A DNA stretch of 64,000 bases from an uncultured archaeon (GCA_963817525.1 CAWFOU010000001.1:896001-960000); one strand, 5' to 3'; positions 42,454 to 52,570 are shown, numbered from the stretch's first letter. Numbers and translations: made by a program. The notes: generated by a model from the letters alone, not told the origin.

Positions 42454-42819
42454 TCAAGCGGGAGGACATGCCCTCTCCAACACCATGCCTATCGCTCTGG
42501 TCCTTGCGGTCGCCATCTCCCCCTCCGTGCCGCACCTCGAGTAGCAGTCTGAGGCCCTCTGCACGAAGAAGAGCGCCTGCGAGACCTTGCGAGGCACGGG
42601 GGACGCGTCGCCCGCGAGGGTGAGCTGACCCGCCGTCTCGTACCAGAAGCCCGCCTCGGCGTTCTCGCCGACCTTCTCGAGGTCGCCCGCTATCCATTCG
42701 CAGACGCTGTCCCACTCGGAGGAGGCCTCGATGTCGTCGAGGACGCTCATCAATGATCTTACCGCACTACGATAGTCCCCCGTCTGCTCCAGCGCGAGGG
42801 CTCGCGATACTTGACCCAT
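42454..42819 (-). CDS. Small helical-repeat (TPR/SNAP-like) hypothetical protein
   Basis: GDYRSA, EAGFWYETAG, RASDCYSRCG patterns. Confidence 0.55.
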   Translation of the reverse strand: MGQVSRALALEQTGDYRSAVRSLMSVLDDIEASSEWDSVCEWIAGDLEKVGENAEAGFWYETAGQLTLAGDASPVPRKVSQALFFVQRASDCYSRCGTEGEMATARTRAIGMVLERACPPA

Positions 42820-42917
42820 GTGCGAGGGACAAGTGCCGCGGCGCGTCTAAGATTCCGCGCCTCAACTATATTCGAGTAAGCGGTTAGGAAATTGTGATGG
42901 TAAGCGAGCTTTTTCGG

Positions 42918-43337
42918 CTAGGAGAAGTAGGCGTTGCACTCCCTGTCGAAGGACTCTCTCGAGTCGGAGGCATGGATCGCGTTGTCCGTCAGGCCTATCG
43001 CGAGGTCTCCCCTTATCGTGCCCGGGGCGCTCTCCCAGCTCTTGGTGGCGCCGACCATCCTCCTCACGGTCGCGACGGCGTCCCTGCCCTGGATGACCGC
43101 GCCGACGGTCAGCCCCCCGGAGAAGGAGGCGACCAGCTCCCCGAAGAAGGGGCGCTCCTTGTGGACGCTGTAGAACTCCTCTGCCTTGGCCTTTGTCATG
43201 GTCTGCGCTTTCAGCTGGAGGATCTTCATCCCCCTCTTCTCGAACCTGCCGAGTATCTCGCCGACGAGCCCGCGGGCGACCGCGTCGGGCTTTACGACGA
43301 TGAGCGTCTTCTCGTTGGGGTCTGGCTGCGACGACAT
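42918..43337 (-). CDS. ndk: Nucleoside diphosphate kinase
   Basis: VKPDAVARGLVGEI, PGTIRGD, NAIHASD. Confidence 0.97.
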   Translation of the reverse strand: MSSQPDPNEKTLIVVKPDAVARGLVGEILGRFEKRGMKILQLKAQTMTKAKAEEFYSVHKERPFFGELVASFSGGLTVGAVIQGRDAVATVRRMVGATKSWESAPGTIRGDLAIGLTDNAIHASDSRESFDRECNAYFS

Positions 43338-43347
43338 GTCGATCTCC

Positions 43348-43533
43348 CTATCTGCTGAGCTTGTTTCTGCGCGCCCACTTTAGCTTGCGGGGGTCCCTCT
43401 TCAGCTTGAGGTCGTTCGTCTTGCACTTGTTCGAGCAGAAGCTCTTGGAGGTCCCGTCGTTCATCACGAGGAGGATGCCCGTCCCCAGGTGGACGTCCTT
43501 CCCGCAGAAATGGCAGCGCTTGGGGGTATACAA
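43348..43533 (-). CDS. rpl24e: 50S ribosomal protein L24e
   Basis: CHFCG..GTG..FCSNKC..RDPRKLKW. Confidence 0.96.
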   Translation of the reverse strand: MYTPKRCHFCGKDVHLGTGILLVMNDGTSKSFCSNKCKTNDLKLKRDPRKLKWARRNKLSR

Positions 43534-43661
43534 TTCAAACTGTCACCGAGTCTTCCTAGATTGAGAATCGAGGCCTAGAGCGGTCTCCATATAAATATAG
43601 AGAGTAATGAAAGCGCGAGAAACCGGGTGGGTGCCTAAATAGTCTCTCGAACGAATAAGCT

Positions 43662-44927
43662 GTGGCAGCCACAGACGACGTCGAGGACAAGGTGGCAGAC
43701 CACCTTGTCAAGAACGGCGACGACCTCCATTTCACTAGGTGGTTCTGGAAAGGGTGCGAACCCCTTCCAAGAGATGTGGCGGCCTATTCCAAATTCGCCG
43801 GGTTGGTTTCAGACTATTCGAAAGGAATCAAAATAGTCCCGGAGGGCATGGGGGTGGGATTGGGTTCGTCCGTATCGTGGGCCACTCAGACTACCATGCC
43901 CAAGCTTGGACACTATCTTACCGCCTTCATCAAGCTGGGAACTCCGGGGGAGGGAATGGTCTGGCTGACCATGGAGTGTACCCACGGTCAAGCTATTCCC
44001 GTGGGCCCTTTCCTTCAGGTCCCAAGCGAGGTTCGGTCTTGGAGAGATATTGAGCAGGCTTTGGCCCAAATCGGGTCTCCGGCAGACCACAATCCGCGAT
44101 TCAGCAAGGCGTATCTTTTTGGGTTTCTCGTGGGGATAATCATTGGCGACGCTCACAAGCCGAAACAAGGTCACAGCCATAGGCACATCAATGTCACACT
44201 AAGCAAAAGGTACGAGACGAATCTCTCAATCGGAGACTTCGCGACTTATTGCGCCAATCAACTTGGACTGCGGATGGAGAGAAAGCCGGATCTGCCAAAG
44301 CCAGAGGACAAGCCCTACGGATTCTATGTTTGGGCCTCCCAGTCCTCGCCTTTTGTCGACTGGATTTTCAATGTGGTCCTTGGCTTGGAAGATGGTCAAC
44401 ACACGACCTACGACGCTGTTCGGATGGACTGGGCATTTGAAGCGCCCCTCGACTTCCGACTAGGCATCATACACGGAATCGCCGAATCAGACGGCTCCGT
44501 GAGCGTGGCGAGTCAGACGGTCGAGTTCTGGGTGATTCCTGACTGGGACTTCATGATCAAGCTGCTCGCCACCTTTGGACTCAAGGGGTTTCGAAACAGA
44601 GAAGCCGTCTCGTTGGTAAAGACGCAGGCAACAGATTCCTTCAGGGTTCCGGTCTTCGCGGCGCATCTTCGGACGACCAGGTACGCCCTCCTGGAGCTTA
44701 TGGCGACGACGAGAAAGCTTGACAAGAAGGAAAGAATTCCCTCTGACGTTCGACAAGAGATAGTTCGACTCGCCGCGGAGGGTTGGTCGATTCCGAAGAT
44801 CATTGTTGAAATCGCTAGAACGCGGAAGCTACTAGTGTCCTTCGAGGCAGGACAGCGCTGGGCGAGGAAAAGCGGTAAGTATCAGCCTAAATCTAGGCAG
44901 CCTTCAAAAGAGGAAAATATTACGTAA
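43662..44927 (+). mobile_element. Free-standing two-motif LAGLIDADG endonuclease-like gene with C-terminal HTH
   Basis: YLFGFLVGIIIGDA and FRLGIIHGIAESDG motifs; no intein splice residues; antisense insertion between rps28e and rpl24e; lower GC than neighbours. Confidence 0.8.
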
Positions 44928-44948
44928 AATCAGACACGAAATTGTAAA

Positions 44949-45176
44949 TCACCTGATTTTTCTTGCCTCGCGTTCAGTATCTCGCAACAATAGTATGTCC
45001 GCGAGCCTGATGGGCCCCTTTACGTTCCTGGTGAGGATGCGGCCCTTCTCCTTCCCCTCTAGTATCTTTACCCTGACCTGGGTGATCTCGCCCGCCACCC
45101 CGGTGCGCCCGACTATCTGGACAACCTCCGCTGGGGTGATCGACTCTGCGCTCTGTTTGCTGCTGCCGCTGCTCAA
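44949..45176 (-). CDS. rps28e: 30S ribosomal protein S28e
   Basis: [31 protein letters not shown]. Confidence 0.97.
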   Translation of the reverse strand: MSSGSSKQSAESITPAEVVQIVGRTGVAGEITQVRVKILEGKEKGRILTRNVKGPIRLADILLLRDTEREARKIR

Positions 45177-45182
45177 CTATCG

Positions 45183-45584
45183 TTACGCCTTTGCTGTGGC
45201 TGCCTGTGGGGCGCCCCTGATCCTGGACAGCTCCTGGGTGACTTGGTCGAGGATGGCCTGCCCCTCCCCCGCCTCGGTCACTGCCGCCGCGGCGGTCGAG
45301 ACGTCGATGCCTATCGCGGGGCCGATCTGGTCCTTTGAGGAGACGAACACGTAGGGTATCTTCCTTTCATCGCATATTATCGGCAGGTGCGCCACGACCT
45401 CCGGGGGCTGGACGTCCTCGGCGATTATCACGAGCTTGGCTAACCCCCGCTCCACCGCCTTGGTGGTCTCGTTGGTACCCTTCCTGACCTTTCCGGTCCT
45501 AGACGCCTGTCTGAGGACTTCGTAGGCTGCTTCGGAGACCTCTTTCGGGGTCTCGAACTTTACAAAATAGGGTTTCGGGGTCAT
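45183..45584 (-). CDS. rpl7ae: 50S ribosomal protein L7Ae
   Basis: KGTNETTKAVERG, IAEDVQPPEVVAHL. Confidence 0.97.
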   Translation of the reverse strand: MTPKPYFVKFETPKEVSEAAYEVLRQASRTGKVRKGTNETTKAVERGLAKLVIIAEDVQPPEVVAHLPIICDERKIPYVFVSSKDQIGPAIGIDVSTAAAAVTEAGEGQAILDQVTQELSRIRGAPQAATAKA

Positions 45585-45650
45585 ATTTCAAAATCTCCCA
45601 GCCCTGCCCTTTTCGTCGGATACTTAAGCCTTGATAGGTCGCGCGGAGCG

Positions 45651-47408
45651 TCAGGGGTGCGCGAGGATGCAGCGCCCGGGGCCGTCCACCCTCACGAACC
45701 CGTAGCGCGGGAACTGGACGATGTCCCCCTGCCCGAGGTTGGAGAAGGCGGCCTCCGCGTACCCCTTCCTGACCTTCAGGCTGTCGGGGTTCGGAGTCTC
45801 GTCGTCGAGGAAGAGCTCGGAGGGCTCGAGGACCTTGACGTCCATCTTGGAGACGTCGTCCACGACCCACTGGACCTTGCGGAGCTCCAGGAGCCGCTCG
45901 TCTCCGACGAACTCGGCCTGGGACTCCTTGCCCCTCTTGGTTAGCCTCACGTTGTATAGGTCCATGAGCCTGAAGACGTCGCCAGCCTTCATCGCGGCGA
46001 CGTCCGCGCGCGGCACCCAGAGGGTCGGGTTGGCGGGCACGTGGACCTCCTTCTTTCCCAGGCTCTCGTAGGTGGGGTGCATGGGCAGGACCAGGTCCCT
46101 GGAGGGACCGGCCTTCACCTTCAGCTGGATGGGGTCGGGGACGAAGAAGATCCTGATGGAGATGGGGTCGAGTATCTTCCTGTTGACCGCGAAGAGGAGG
46201 CTCCAGTCGAAGGTGTGCTCGGTCTTGCCGTACCCGACCTGGGCGGTGAACTGGCGGATGGCCTCGGGGACGATCCCCCGGCGCTTCACGCCCTCTATCG
46301 TCGGCATCCGGGGATCGTCCCAGCCTGTGACGACCTTCTTCTCGACGAGGGGCCGGAGGAGCCTCTTCGAGACGGGGGTGCCCTTGAAGTTGAAGCGCGA
46401 GAACTGCTCGACCACGACGTCGGGGAAGCCGAGGAGCTCCCTGATCTTGTCCTGGAGGGAGACGTGGAACTCGGAGCTCCTGAGGACGTGGGTGACGCCG
46501 CAGAGCTTGTCCTCGACCACGACCTCAAAGTCGTAGACGGGCCAGACGACGTACTTGGTACCCACCTGCGGGTGGGAGGCGGTGATGACCCTCAGGATGT
46601 TCGGGTCCCTCAGGGAGTGGTCGAGGTCCTCCATGTCGCCCTTGAGCCTGATGACCCACTCGCCCTCCTTGTACTTGCGCCCTAGCATCCCGTCCCAGAC
46701 GGCGACGTTGGCCTCCACGGTGCGCCCCCTGTGCTCGCATCCCTTGCCCTCGAACCTCAGCTTCTTGACGAGGTCGGCGGGGCACGAGCAGGCGTAGGCC
46801 GCCCCCATCTCGATGAGCCTCCTCGCGTGGTAGTAGAGGACCTCCATGTCGGAGGAGACGCTCTTCTCGTGGTCCCATCTGATCCCAACCCAGGTGTACC
46901 CGTCCCTGAAGGACTGGTAGTACTCCTCCTTCACCTTCCTGGGGTTGGTGTCCTCGAACCTGAGCCAGAGCTCTCCCGCGTACATGTCCCTGTACGCGGC
47001 GTTGATCACCCCCGCCATCGCGTGCCCGATGGTCATGTACCCGGACGGCTCGGGCGGGAGCCTGAGGACGACCTTCCCCTTCACCGCGTTGGGGAGAGGG
47101 GGGAACTGGCTCGCGTGGGCCTTCTCCTCGGCCTTCTGCGTCGCCCTCTTCTGGTCCCGGGCGGCCAGCGCGTCCGGGTAGCTCTCTTCGAGGAGCTTCT
47201 GCTGCTCTTCGGGGGAGAGGGAGTTCACGCGCTTGACCACATCCGCGGCCGCGGCGGCGACCTCCTTCGGCATCGACCTCAGGTCGGGCGACTCGCCCAT
47301 GCTCTTGCCCACCACCGCCCCCCGGTCGGCCACCCCCGCGTGGGAGACCGCGTTCAGGAGGGCGTTCCTCTCCATCGCCTTGAGCTGCTCTGGGGTGAGT
47401 GATGTCAT
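45651..47408 (-). CDS. gltX: Glutamyl-tRNA synthetase
   Basis: RLPPEPSGYMTIGH, RFEDTNP, VTHVLRS, VSKR, GWDDPR; real start at MTSLT. Confidence 0.96.
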   Translation of the reverse strand: MTSLTPEQLKAMERNALLNAVSHAGVADRGAVVGKSMGESPDLRSMPKEVAAAAADVVKRVNSLSPEEQQKLLEESYPDALAARDQKRATQKAEEKAHASQFPPLPNAVKGKVVLRLPPEPSGYMTIGHAMAGVINAAYRDMYAGELWLRFEDTNPRKVKEEYYQSFRDGYTWVGIRWDHEKSVSSDMEVLYYHARRLIEMGAAYACSCPADLVKKLRFEGKGCEHRGRTVEANVAVWDGMLGRKYKEGEWVIRLKGDMEDLDHSLRDPNILRVITASHPQVGTKYVVWPVYDFEVVVEDKLCGVTHVLRSSEFHVSLQDKIRELLGFPDVVVEQFSRFNFKGTPVSKRLLRPLVEKKVVTGWDDPRMPTIEGVKRRGIVPEAIRQFTAQVGYGKTEHTFDWSLLFAVNRKILDPISIRIFFVPDPIQLKVKAGPSRDLVLPMHPTYESLGKKEVHVPANPTLWVPRADVAAMKAGDVFRLMDLYNVRLTKRGKESQAEFVGDERLLELRKVQWVVDDVSKMDVKVLEPSELFLDDETPNPDSLKVRKGYAEAAFSNLGQGDIVQFPRYGFVRVDGPGRCILAHP

Positions 47409-47467
47409 GGTGCTCGAGGCCTTCGCGCCACGGTCGCATTGGTCGTCATATATCGTTGCGGAGGGCG

Positions 47468-48550
47468 CTACCAGTCGCGCTCGACGGCGAACTTGGCGAC
47501 GGCGTCGAGGCAGTCGACGGCCTCCTTCGCCTCTGCCCCCTCCTCCCAGTTCGCCTCCCTGAGCATGGCCCTGGCCTCGTTGACGAGGCGAGAGGACATC
47601 CTCCGGGCGTAGTCTATCGTGCCGTATTTCTCGATGAGGTCCATGACCTGCGAGGCCTCCTTCTTGCGCCGCTCGCGAGGGAGCTTGAAGACGGAGGCCA
47701 CCCTCGCCCTCTCGGCGTCGGAGCAGAGCGAGAGGAGCCTGATCAGCATGAGCGTCCGCTTGCCCTCGAGCAGGTCGTCCCCGATCTCCTTGCCGTACTT
47801 GGACTGGTCTCCCGAGAGGTTCAGGATGTCGTCGTGGATCTGGAAACCGACCCCGAGCTTCTTCCCCGCCTCCACCATCAGCTTGAGCGAGGCGTTGTCG
47901 GCGCCGCCTATCACCCCGCCGAGGCGCAACGGGCCGATGACCGTGTACCAGGAGGTCTTGTGAGTGCACATGGTGAAGTAGTCCTCTTCCGTGAGGTCCC
48001 ACCTTCCCCCGACCACCCAGCCCAGCTCGATGTGCTGCCCCTCGGTGGTCTTGCTCACCATCGTGTAGAACTCCTCCATCACCCTGATGGTCTTCTCGTC
48101 GCTCAGCCTCTCCTGGTTCCTCAGGAGGGCTCCCCACATCAGGGCGTGGAGGGCGTCGCCCGCGTTGAGGGCGAGGCGCCAGTCGTACTTTTTGTGGAGG
48201 GCGGGGGAGCCCCTCCTCATCTCGGAGCCGTCCTCGATGTCGTCGTGGATGAGGATCCAGTGCTGGAAGATCTCTATGCATGCGGCGGTGGTCAGGACCT
48301 GCTCCTCCTTCCCCCCGAAGGCCTTACACGCGCTGACGCACATGAGCGCCCTCATCCCCTTGGCCGGCCTCGCGGGGTAGTCGCGCAGCATCTTGTAGAG
48401 GAGGTCGATCTCCCTGATCGGGCTGCGCTTGGGTAAAAAGTCCTCGAGGATGAGCTTGTCCACGGCCGACTTTACTCTCACCATCTCTGTGAGCATCTTG
48501 TCGGTCTGCATGGTCATGGCCGGGTCACGCATCCGCTCCCCCAGCCCCAT
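47468..48550 (-). CDS. idsA: Polyprenyl (GGPP) synthase
   Basis: LIHDDIED..RRG, EGQ, FQIHDDIL, DLLEGK. Confidence 0.93.
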   Translation of the reverse strand: MGLGERMRDPAMTMQTDKMLTEMVRVKSAVDKLILEDFLPKRSPIREIDLLYKMLRDYPARPAKGMRALMCVSACKAFGGKEEQVLTTAACIEIFQHWILIHDDIEDGSEMRRGSPALHKKYDWRLALNAGDALHALMWGALLRNQERLSDEKTIRVMEEFYTMVSKTTEGQHIELGWVVGGRWDLTEEDYFTMCTHKTSWYTVIGPLRLGGVIGGADNASLKLMVEAGKKLGVGFQIHDDILNLSGDQSKYGKEIGDDLLEGKRTLMLIRLLSLCSDAERARVASVFKLPRERRKKEASQVMDLIEKYGTIDYARRMSSRLVNEARAMLREANWEEGAEAKEAVDCLDAVAKFAVERDW

Positions 48551-48597
48551 GGCGCCCGAGAGAGAAAAGGGTGGCGGCGGTGCTGAAGGAGAGTTCC

Positions 48598-49359
48598 CTA
48601 TCCGCTGGAGACACCGTGGGGGACCTTGACCGTGGTGCCTTTGAACCGGACGCCACTTAAGGCTTTGAGGAATTCCGCCGGCCGCAGGCCCGAGACGAGG
48701 CGCACCTCGGTCCCCGAGGAGGCCATCCTCATCGCCTCGGTCAGCTTGAGGGAGATCCCCCCGGTGGCGTCCGTCCGGGCGGGGAGGAGCTTCGCCTCGC
48801 TCAGCTCGCCGAGCGACTCGATGACGGCCTCCTTCTCGTCGAGGACGCCGTCGACGTCCATCGCCATCACGCAGCGCGCGGCCCCGAGCATCTCGGCCAG
48901 CTCGACGCATATTGTGTCCCCAGAGAGTATCCTGAACCCCTTGCCGTCGTGGACGACGTCCCCGAAGGTGACGGGGGTGGCCCCGCCCGAGAGGAGGCGC
49001 TCAAGGAACGACGGCCCTCCCTCCTTGTCGAGTAGGGTGAAGGGAGAGAAGGGGTAGGGGTGCATCCCCGCCGTGGAGAGCGACGCGCAGACCTTCGCGT
49101 CGAGGGCGAACATCGCGTCCCGAGTCTCGCTCACCCCGGCAGGGGAGGCGGAGGTCTTGCGCGAGGAGAGCCCGTACTTCCTCGCCACTGTGTGCCCGAA
49201 CGAACCGCCGCCGTGGACGACCACGATTGGGAGCCCCGAGGCTACCATCGCCCTTCCGAGCCCCCTGACCGCCTTCTCGCGGTATGAGAACGCGACCTTC
49301 TTGTCCGTGACAACGGAGCCTCCGAGCTTCACGACGGTCACCGGTTTCATTCTGTCCAC
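48598..49359 (-). CDS. ipk: Isopentenyl phosphate kinase
   Basis: KLGGSVVTDK, HGGGSFGH, LSGD, DATGG. Confidence 0.93.
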   Translation of the reverse strand: MDRMKPVTVVKLGGSVVTDKKVAFSYREKAVRGLGRAMVASGLPIVVVHGGGSFGHTVARKYGLSSRKTSASPAGVSETRDAMFALDAKVCASLSTAGMHPYPFSPFTLLDKEGGPSFLERLLSGGATPVTFGDVVHDGKGFRILSGDTICVELAEMLGAARCVMAMDVDGVLDEKEAVIESLGELSEAKLLPARTDATGGISLKLTEAMRMASSGTEVRLVSGLRPAEFLKALSGVRFKGTTVKVPHGVSSG

Positions 49360-50276
49360 GCCCTCGCCCCGGAGGTCGGGATCCTGGTGAAGAACGCGTC
49401 GTACCCCCGAGCCGCGAGCTCCTTCGCCACGGCGGTCGCGTCCTCCTCACGCGGGGGCGGGACGGCCAGGACGCTGCCCCCGCCTCCGGCGCCGGTCAGC
49501 TTCGCCCCGAGGCACCCCTTGCTGAGGCACAGGTCGACCAGCTGGTCGAGCCTCTTGTTCGAGGCGCCGGCGCGGGCGAGGACTGCGTGGGCGTAGGTCA
49601 TGAGCCGGCCCAGGGTGACGGCGTCCCCCTCCACGAGTGCGTCGGCGCAAAGGCGCGAGACGAGCGTGGCGCTCTCGCACAGGCTCTCGAAGAGCGACGG
49701 ATAGGTCTCCTTCATCCCCGTGACCCTCGTGATCAGGCGTCCCGTGTTCCTCCTCCTCCCCGAGAAGGCGACGAGGAGCGTGACCGGGGCGGGGAGCTCC
49801 ACCCTGCGTGGCTCCTCTCCCCTCTTGAACAGGATCACCCCTCCGAGGGCTGAGGCGGCTGCGTCGATGCCGGAAGGGTTGCCGTGGACGAGCCTCTCTC
49901 CGGCCTCGCCGGCCTTGGCGAGGGCGGCCCCCTCGAGGCCCCAGCCCTCCAGCGCGCTGACCGCCCCGACCACCGCGACCATCGTGGCGGCGGAGGAGCC
50001 CAGGCCTGCGCCCCCGGGGAGCTCGGAGGCTATGGAGATGGAGACCCGCGGCCGGGCATTTTTCGACTTGTAGAGCGTGTCGACGACCCTCCTCGCGGGC
50101 TTGAGCGCTTCGGGGTCTCGGAGGTCGGACACTATCGCGAGGCGGTCGCTCCTGGTGGCCTCGACCCTTACCTTCCTGTCGATGGCCGCCGCGAGCGCGG
50201 TCGCCCCGTGGACGACAAAGTGCTCCCCCGAGATTATGACCTTCCCTGGGGCTTCGGCGACTCCCTTCAGGGGCAT
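49347..50276 (-). CDS. mvk: Mevalonate kinase
   Basis: APGKVIISGEH, GAGLGSSAA, HGNPSGID, KLTGAGGGG. Confidence 0.95.
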   Translation of the reverse strand: MPLKGVAEAPGKVIISGEHFVVHGATALAAAIDRKVRVEATRSDRLAIVSDLRDPEALKPARRVVDTLYKSKNARPRVSISIASELPGGAGLGSSAATMVAVVGAVSALEGWGLEGAALAKAGEAGERLVHGNPSGIDAAASALGGVILFKRGEEPRRVELPAPVTLLVAFSGRRRNTGRLITRVTGMKETYPSLFESLCESATLVSRLCADALVEGDAVTLGRLMTYAHAVLARAGASNKRLDQLVDLCLSKGCLGAKLTGAGGGGSVLAVPPPREEDATAVAKELAARGYDAFFTRIPTSGARAWTE

Positions 50277-50322
50277 GCGGCCTCCTTTCCGGCGCCCGAA
50301 GTTAAGGATGACTGGGTGGTCC

Positions 50323-51030
50323 TCAGAACCGGTCGTGGCGCCTGGGGCGCTCGTCTTCCTCTTCTTCCATGTCGGCCTCTGTGACCTTGGTCTCAAAGTC
50401 GTCGATGGTGTACTTTAGCTGCTGGTCCCCCGTGAGTAGCGAGGAATGGGTTAGGACGGACCTCGCGAGGAGGTAGAATATCGTGGCTAGCGAGCGCCTG
50501 CCGCGGTTGTTCCCGGGTATGACGAGGTCGATGTCGTCCGTGATGTTGTCCGTGTCGCAGACCGCGATGACGGGCGTCCCCATGTTGGCCGCCTCCACTA
50601 TCGCCTGGGTGTCGGAAGCGGGGTCGGCGACGACTATCAGCTCGACGTCCAGGTGCCCGGGGAAGAGCGGGTTGGTGAGCGTCCCGGGCATGAACCTGCC
50701 GACGACCGGGATGGCCTTTGTGACCTCGCAGAACTTCTCCACCGGGACCTTCCCATAGTCGCGGCTGGTGTAGACCACGACGTTCTGGGGGCCGACGAAG
50801 GAGATGAACTTGCCAGCGACGTCTATCCTCTGGAGCGTCTTCGAGTAATCTAGAAGGTGGAGCCCGTCCGGCCTTGGTCGGGTGGTGAACTGCTCCATGT
50901 TCTTCGTCCTGACCTGGGTCCCGATCCTGATACCCGTCGCGAGCAGCGCCTTCTCTGAGAGCTGGGGCACGATGAATTTTTCGTCAGACCCTGCGTCGTC
51001 CCCTTCTTCGGAGGACATCATGTTAGCCAC
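50323..51030 (-). CDS. rps2: 30S ribosomal protein S2
   Basis: GRFMPGTLTNP, DTDN, IPGNNRG. Confidence 0.96.
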   Translation of the reverse strand: MANMMSSEEGDDAGSDEKFIVPQLSEKALLATGIRIGTQVRTKNMEQFTTRPRPDGLHLLDYSKTLQRIDVAGKFISFVGPQNVVVYTSRDYGKVPVEKFCEVTKAIPVVGRFMPGTLTNPLFPGHLDVELIVVADPASDTQAIVEAANMGTPVIAVCDTDNITDDIDLVIPGNNRGRRSLATIFYLLARSVLTHSSLLTGDQQLKYTIDDFETKVTEADMEEEEDERPRRHDRF

Positions 51031-51089
51031 TTCGCTGTCAAGCCGAGCCTTTCGCCATCTCAGGGAACCTCATTTAAGGGTTGCAGGCG

Positions 51090-52355
51090 CTAGGGACGAA
51101 GGGAGGCCATCTTGGCTCCCGTCCCGAGCTCCTCCCCGATCCTCAGGAGCTCGTTGAGCTTCGCAGTCCTCTCGCCCCCGACCACGCCGCACTTTATCAT
51201 CCCGCAGCCAAACCCCACAGCGAAGTGCGCCAGGTGCCCGCCCTCGTTGTCCCCCGAGCGGTGGGAGGCGGCAACAACTTGGCCCGTGTCCTTGGCGAGC
51301 TCGGCGAAGCTCTGGGCCTCCGAGAGTGTCCCGATCTGGTTGACCTTCATGATGACCGCGTTGGTGCTCTTTTTCGAGATGCCCGTCCTGAGCCTCCCTA
51401 CGTCCGTGGTGTAGAGGTCGTCGCCGACCACCAGGGTCCTGTTTAGCGAGGCGTGGAGCTCGGCGTAGCCCTGGAAGTCGTCCTCGTAGAGCGGGTCCTC
51501 CAGGTAGAGCAGGTCGTACCTGTCGCAGAGCTCGGAGACGAAGACCTTCTGCTCCTCGCGCGAGAGCGTCTTCTTCGTCGTCCTGTAGTAGTAGGCCTTC
51601 TTCTTAGGGTCGTAGAGGCTGTCGGCAGCGACATCCACGCCAACCCGGATCTCCGCGCCCGTCTCGTCCCGGACCGCGGCGGCCACGTCCGAGACCACGC
51701 CTATCGCCTCGACGTCGGTCAGGCCTGGGGACCAGCCGCCCTCGTCTCCCTTGCCCACCGGGTAGTCTAGCCTCTTCGAGAGGACCTTTCCGACGCCCTT
51801 GTGGACCTTGAAGTTCAGCTCGATGGCCTGGCGGATGCTCTTCGCCCCCACGGGGACGACGAGTATCTCCTGGAACGCCGGGGAGAGGTCGCTGGCGTGC
51901 TTGCCCCCGCCGATGGTGTTCCCGAGGGGGTAGGGCATGCGCCCGGACTCTGGGTCTATCACCCTGCAGAGCGGGACGCCTTGGACCCTGGCCTCGGCCT
52001 CGGCGGCCGCGACGCTCACAGCGTAGGCGGTGGAGCCGCCGATCTTCGAGTAGTTGTTGGTCCCGTCGATGGCCCTGAGGGCCTGGGTTATCGCCTCGGC
52101 GTCGGAGGCCTCGAGCCCGACGATCTTCGAGGCGTGCTTCTTGTTGAACTGGGACGCGGTCTTGTCCGGGTCGTCGTCGACGAAGGGGACGGCCTCGTTT
52201 GTCCCCCGGCTGGCGCCGGAGGGCGAGAGCGCCCTTCCCAGCATGCCGTCGACTATGACGTCGGCCTCGATCCCAGGGTCACCTCGGCCGTTGAAGCAGA
52301 CCCTGACCTTCACTCGCTCTATCTTCAAGGACGCTTGTGTCACGCTCGCCCGCAA
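51090..52355 (-). CDS. eno: Enolase
   Basis: PSGAS, GGKHA, GDEGG, EDPL, GDDL, KVNQIG, SHRSG. Confidence 0.96.
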   Translation of the reverse strand: MRASVTQASLKIERVKVRVCFNGRGDPGIEADVIVDGMLGRALSPSGASRGTNEAVPFVDDDPDKTASQFNKKHASKIVGLEASDAEAITQALRAIDGTNNYSKIGGSTAYAVSVAAAEAEARVQGVPLCRVIDPESGRMPYPLGNTIGGGKHASDLSPAFQEILVVPVGAKSIRQAIELNFKVHKGVGKVLSKRLDYPVGKGDEGGWSPGLTDVEAIGVVSDVAAAVRDETGAEIRVGVDVAADSLYDPKKKAYYYRTTKKTLSREEQKVFVSELCDRYDLLYLEDPLYEDDFQGYAELHASLNRTLVVGDDLYTTDVGRLRTGISKKSTNAVIMKVNQIGTLSEAQSFAELAKDTGQVVAASHRSGDNEGGHLAHFAVGFGCGMIKCGVVGGERTAKLNELLRIGEELGTGAKMASLRP

Positions 52356-52357
52356 GC

Positions 52358-52570
52358 TCAGGTCGGCGGGTTCTTTTGGGCGTAGTACGGCAGCACCTGG
52401 TCGATCAGGTCTACCGAGGATATCAGCATCCTCCTGCAGCAGTACCTCTTGATCTTCAGGTCGTCGAGGACCTTGCCCGGGTCTTCCCCGGCCTTGACCC
52501 TGCTCTCAAAGTCCACGAACTTGTCCCCTATCATCTTGCCGCAGGTAAAGCACCGGATTGGGATCATCAT
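52358..52570 (-). CDS. rpo10: RNA polymerase subunit N (Rpo10)
   Basis: [16 protein letters not shown]. Confidence 0.97.
   Translation of the reverse strand: MMIPIRCFTCGKMIGDKFVDFESRVKAGEDPGKVLDDLKIKRYCCRRMLISSVDLIDQVLPYYAQKNPPT

Noticed and set aside
45570-45625. Possible L7Ae-binding kink-turn in the rpl7ae leader
   Set aside because: GA/GA elements are present, but I could not build a canonical C-stem with a 3-nt bulge.
47409-48281. 876-aa GltX with a long N-terminal extension, and similarly extended IdsA, Mvk and L18e ORFs
   Set aside because: The extensions are alternative frames of overlapping upstream genes in GC-rich DNA; real starts are downstream.
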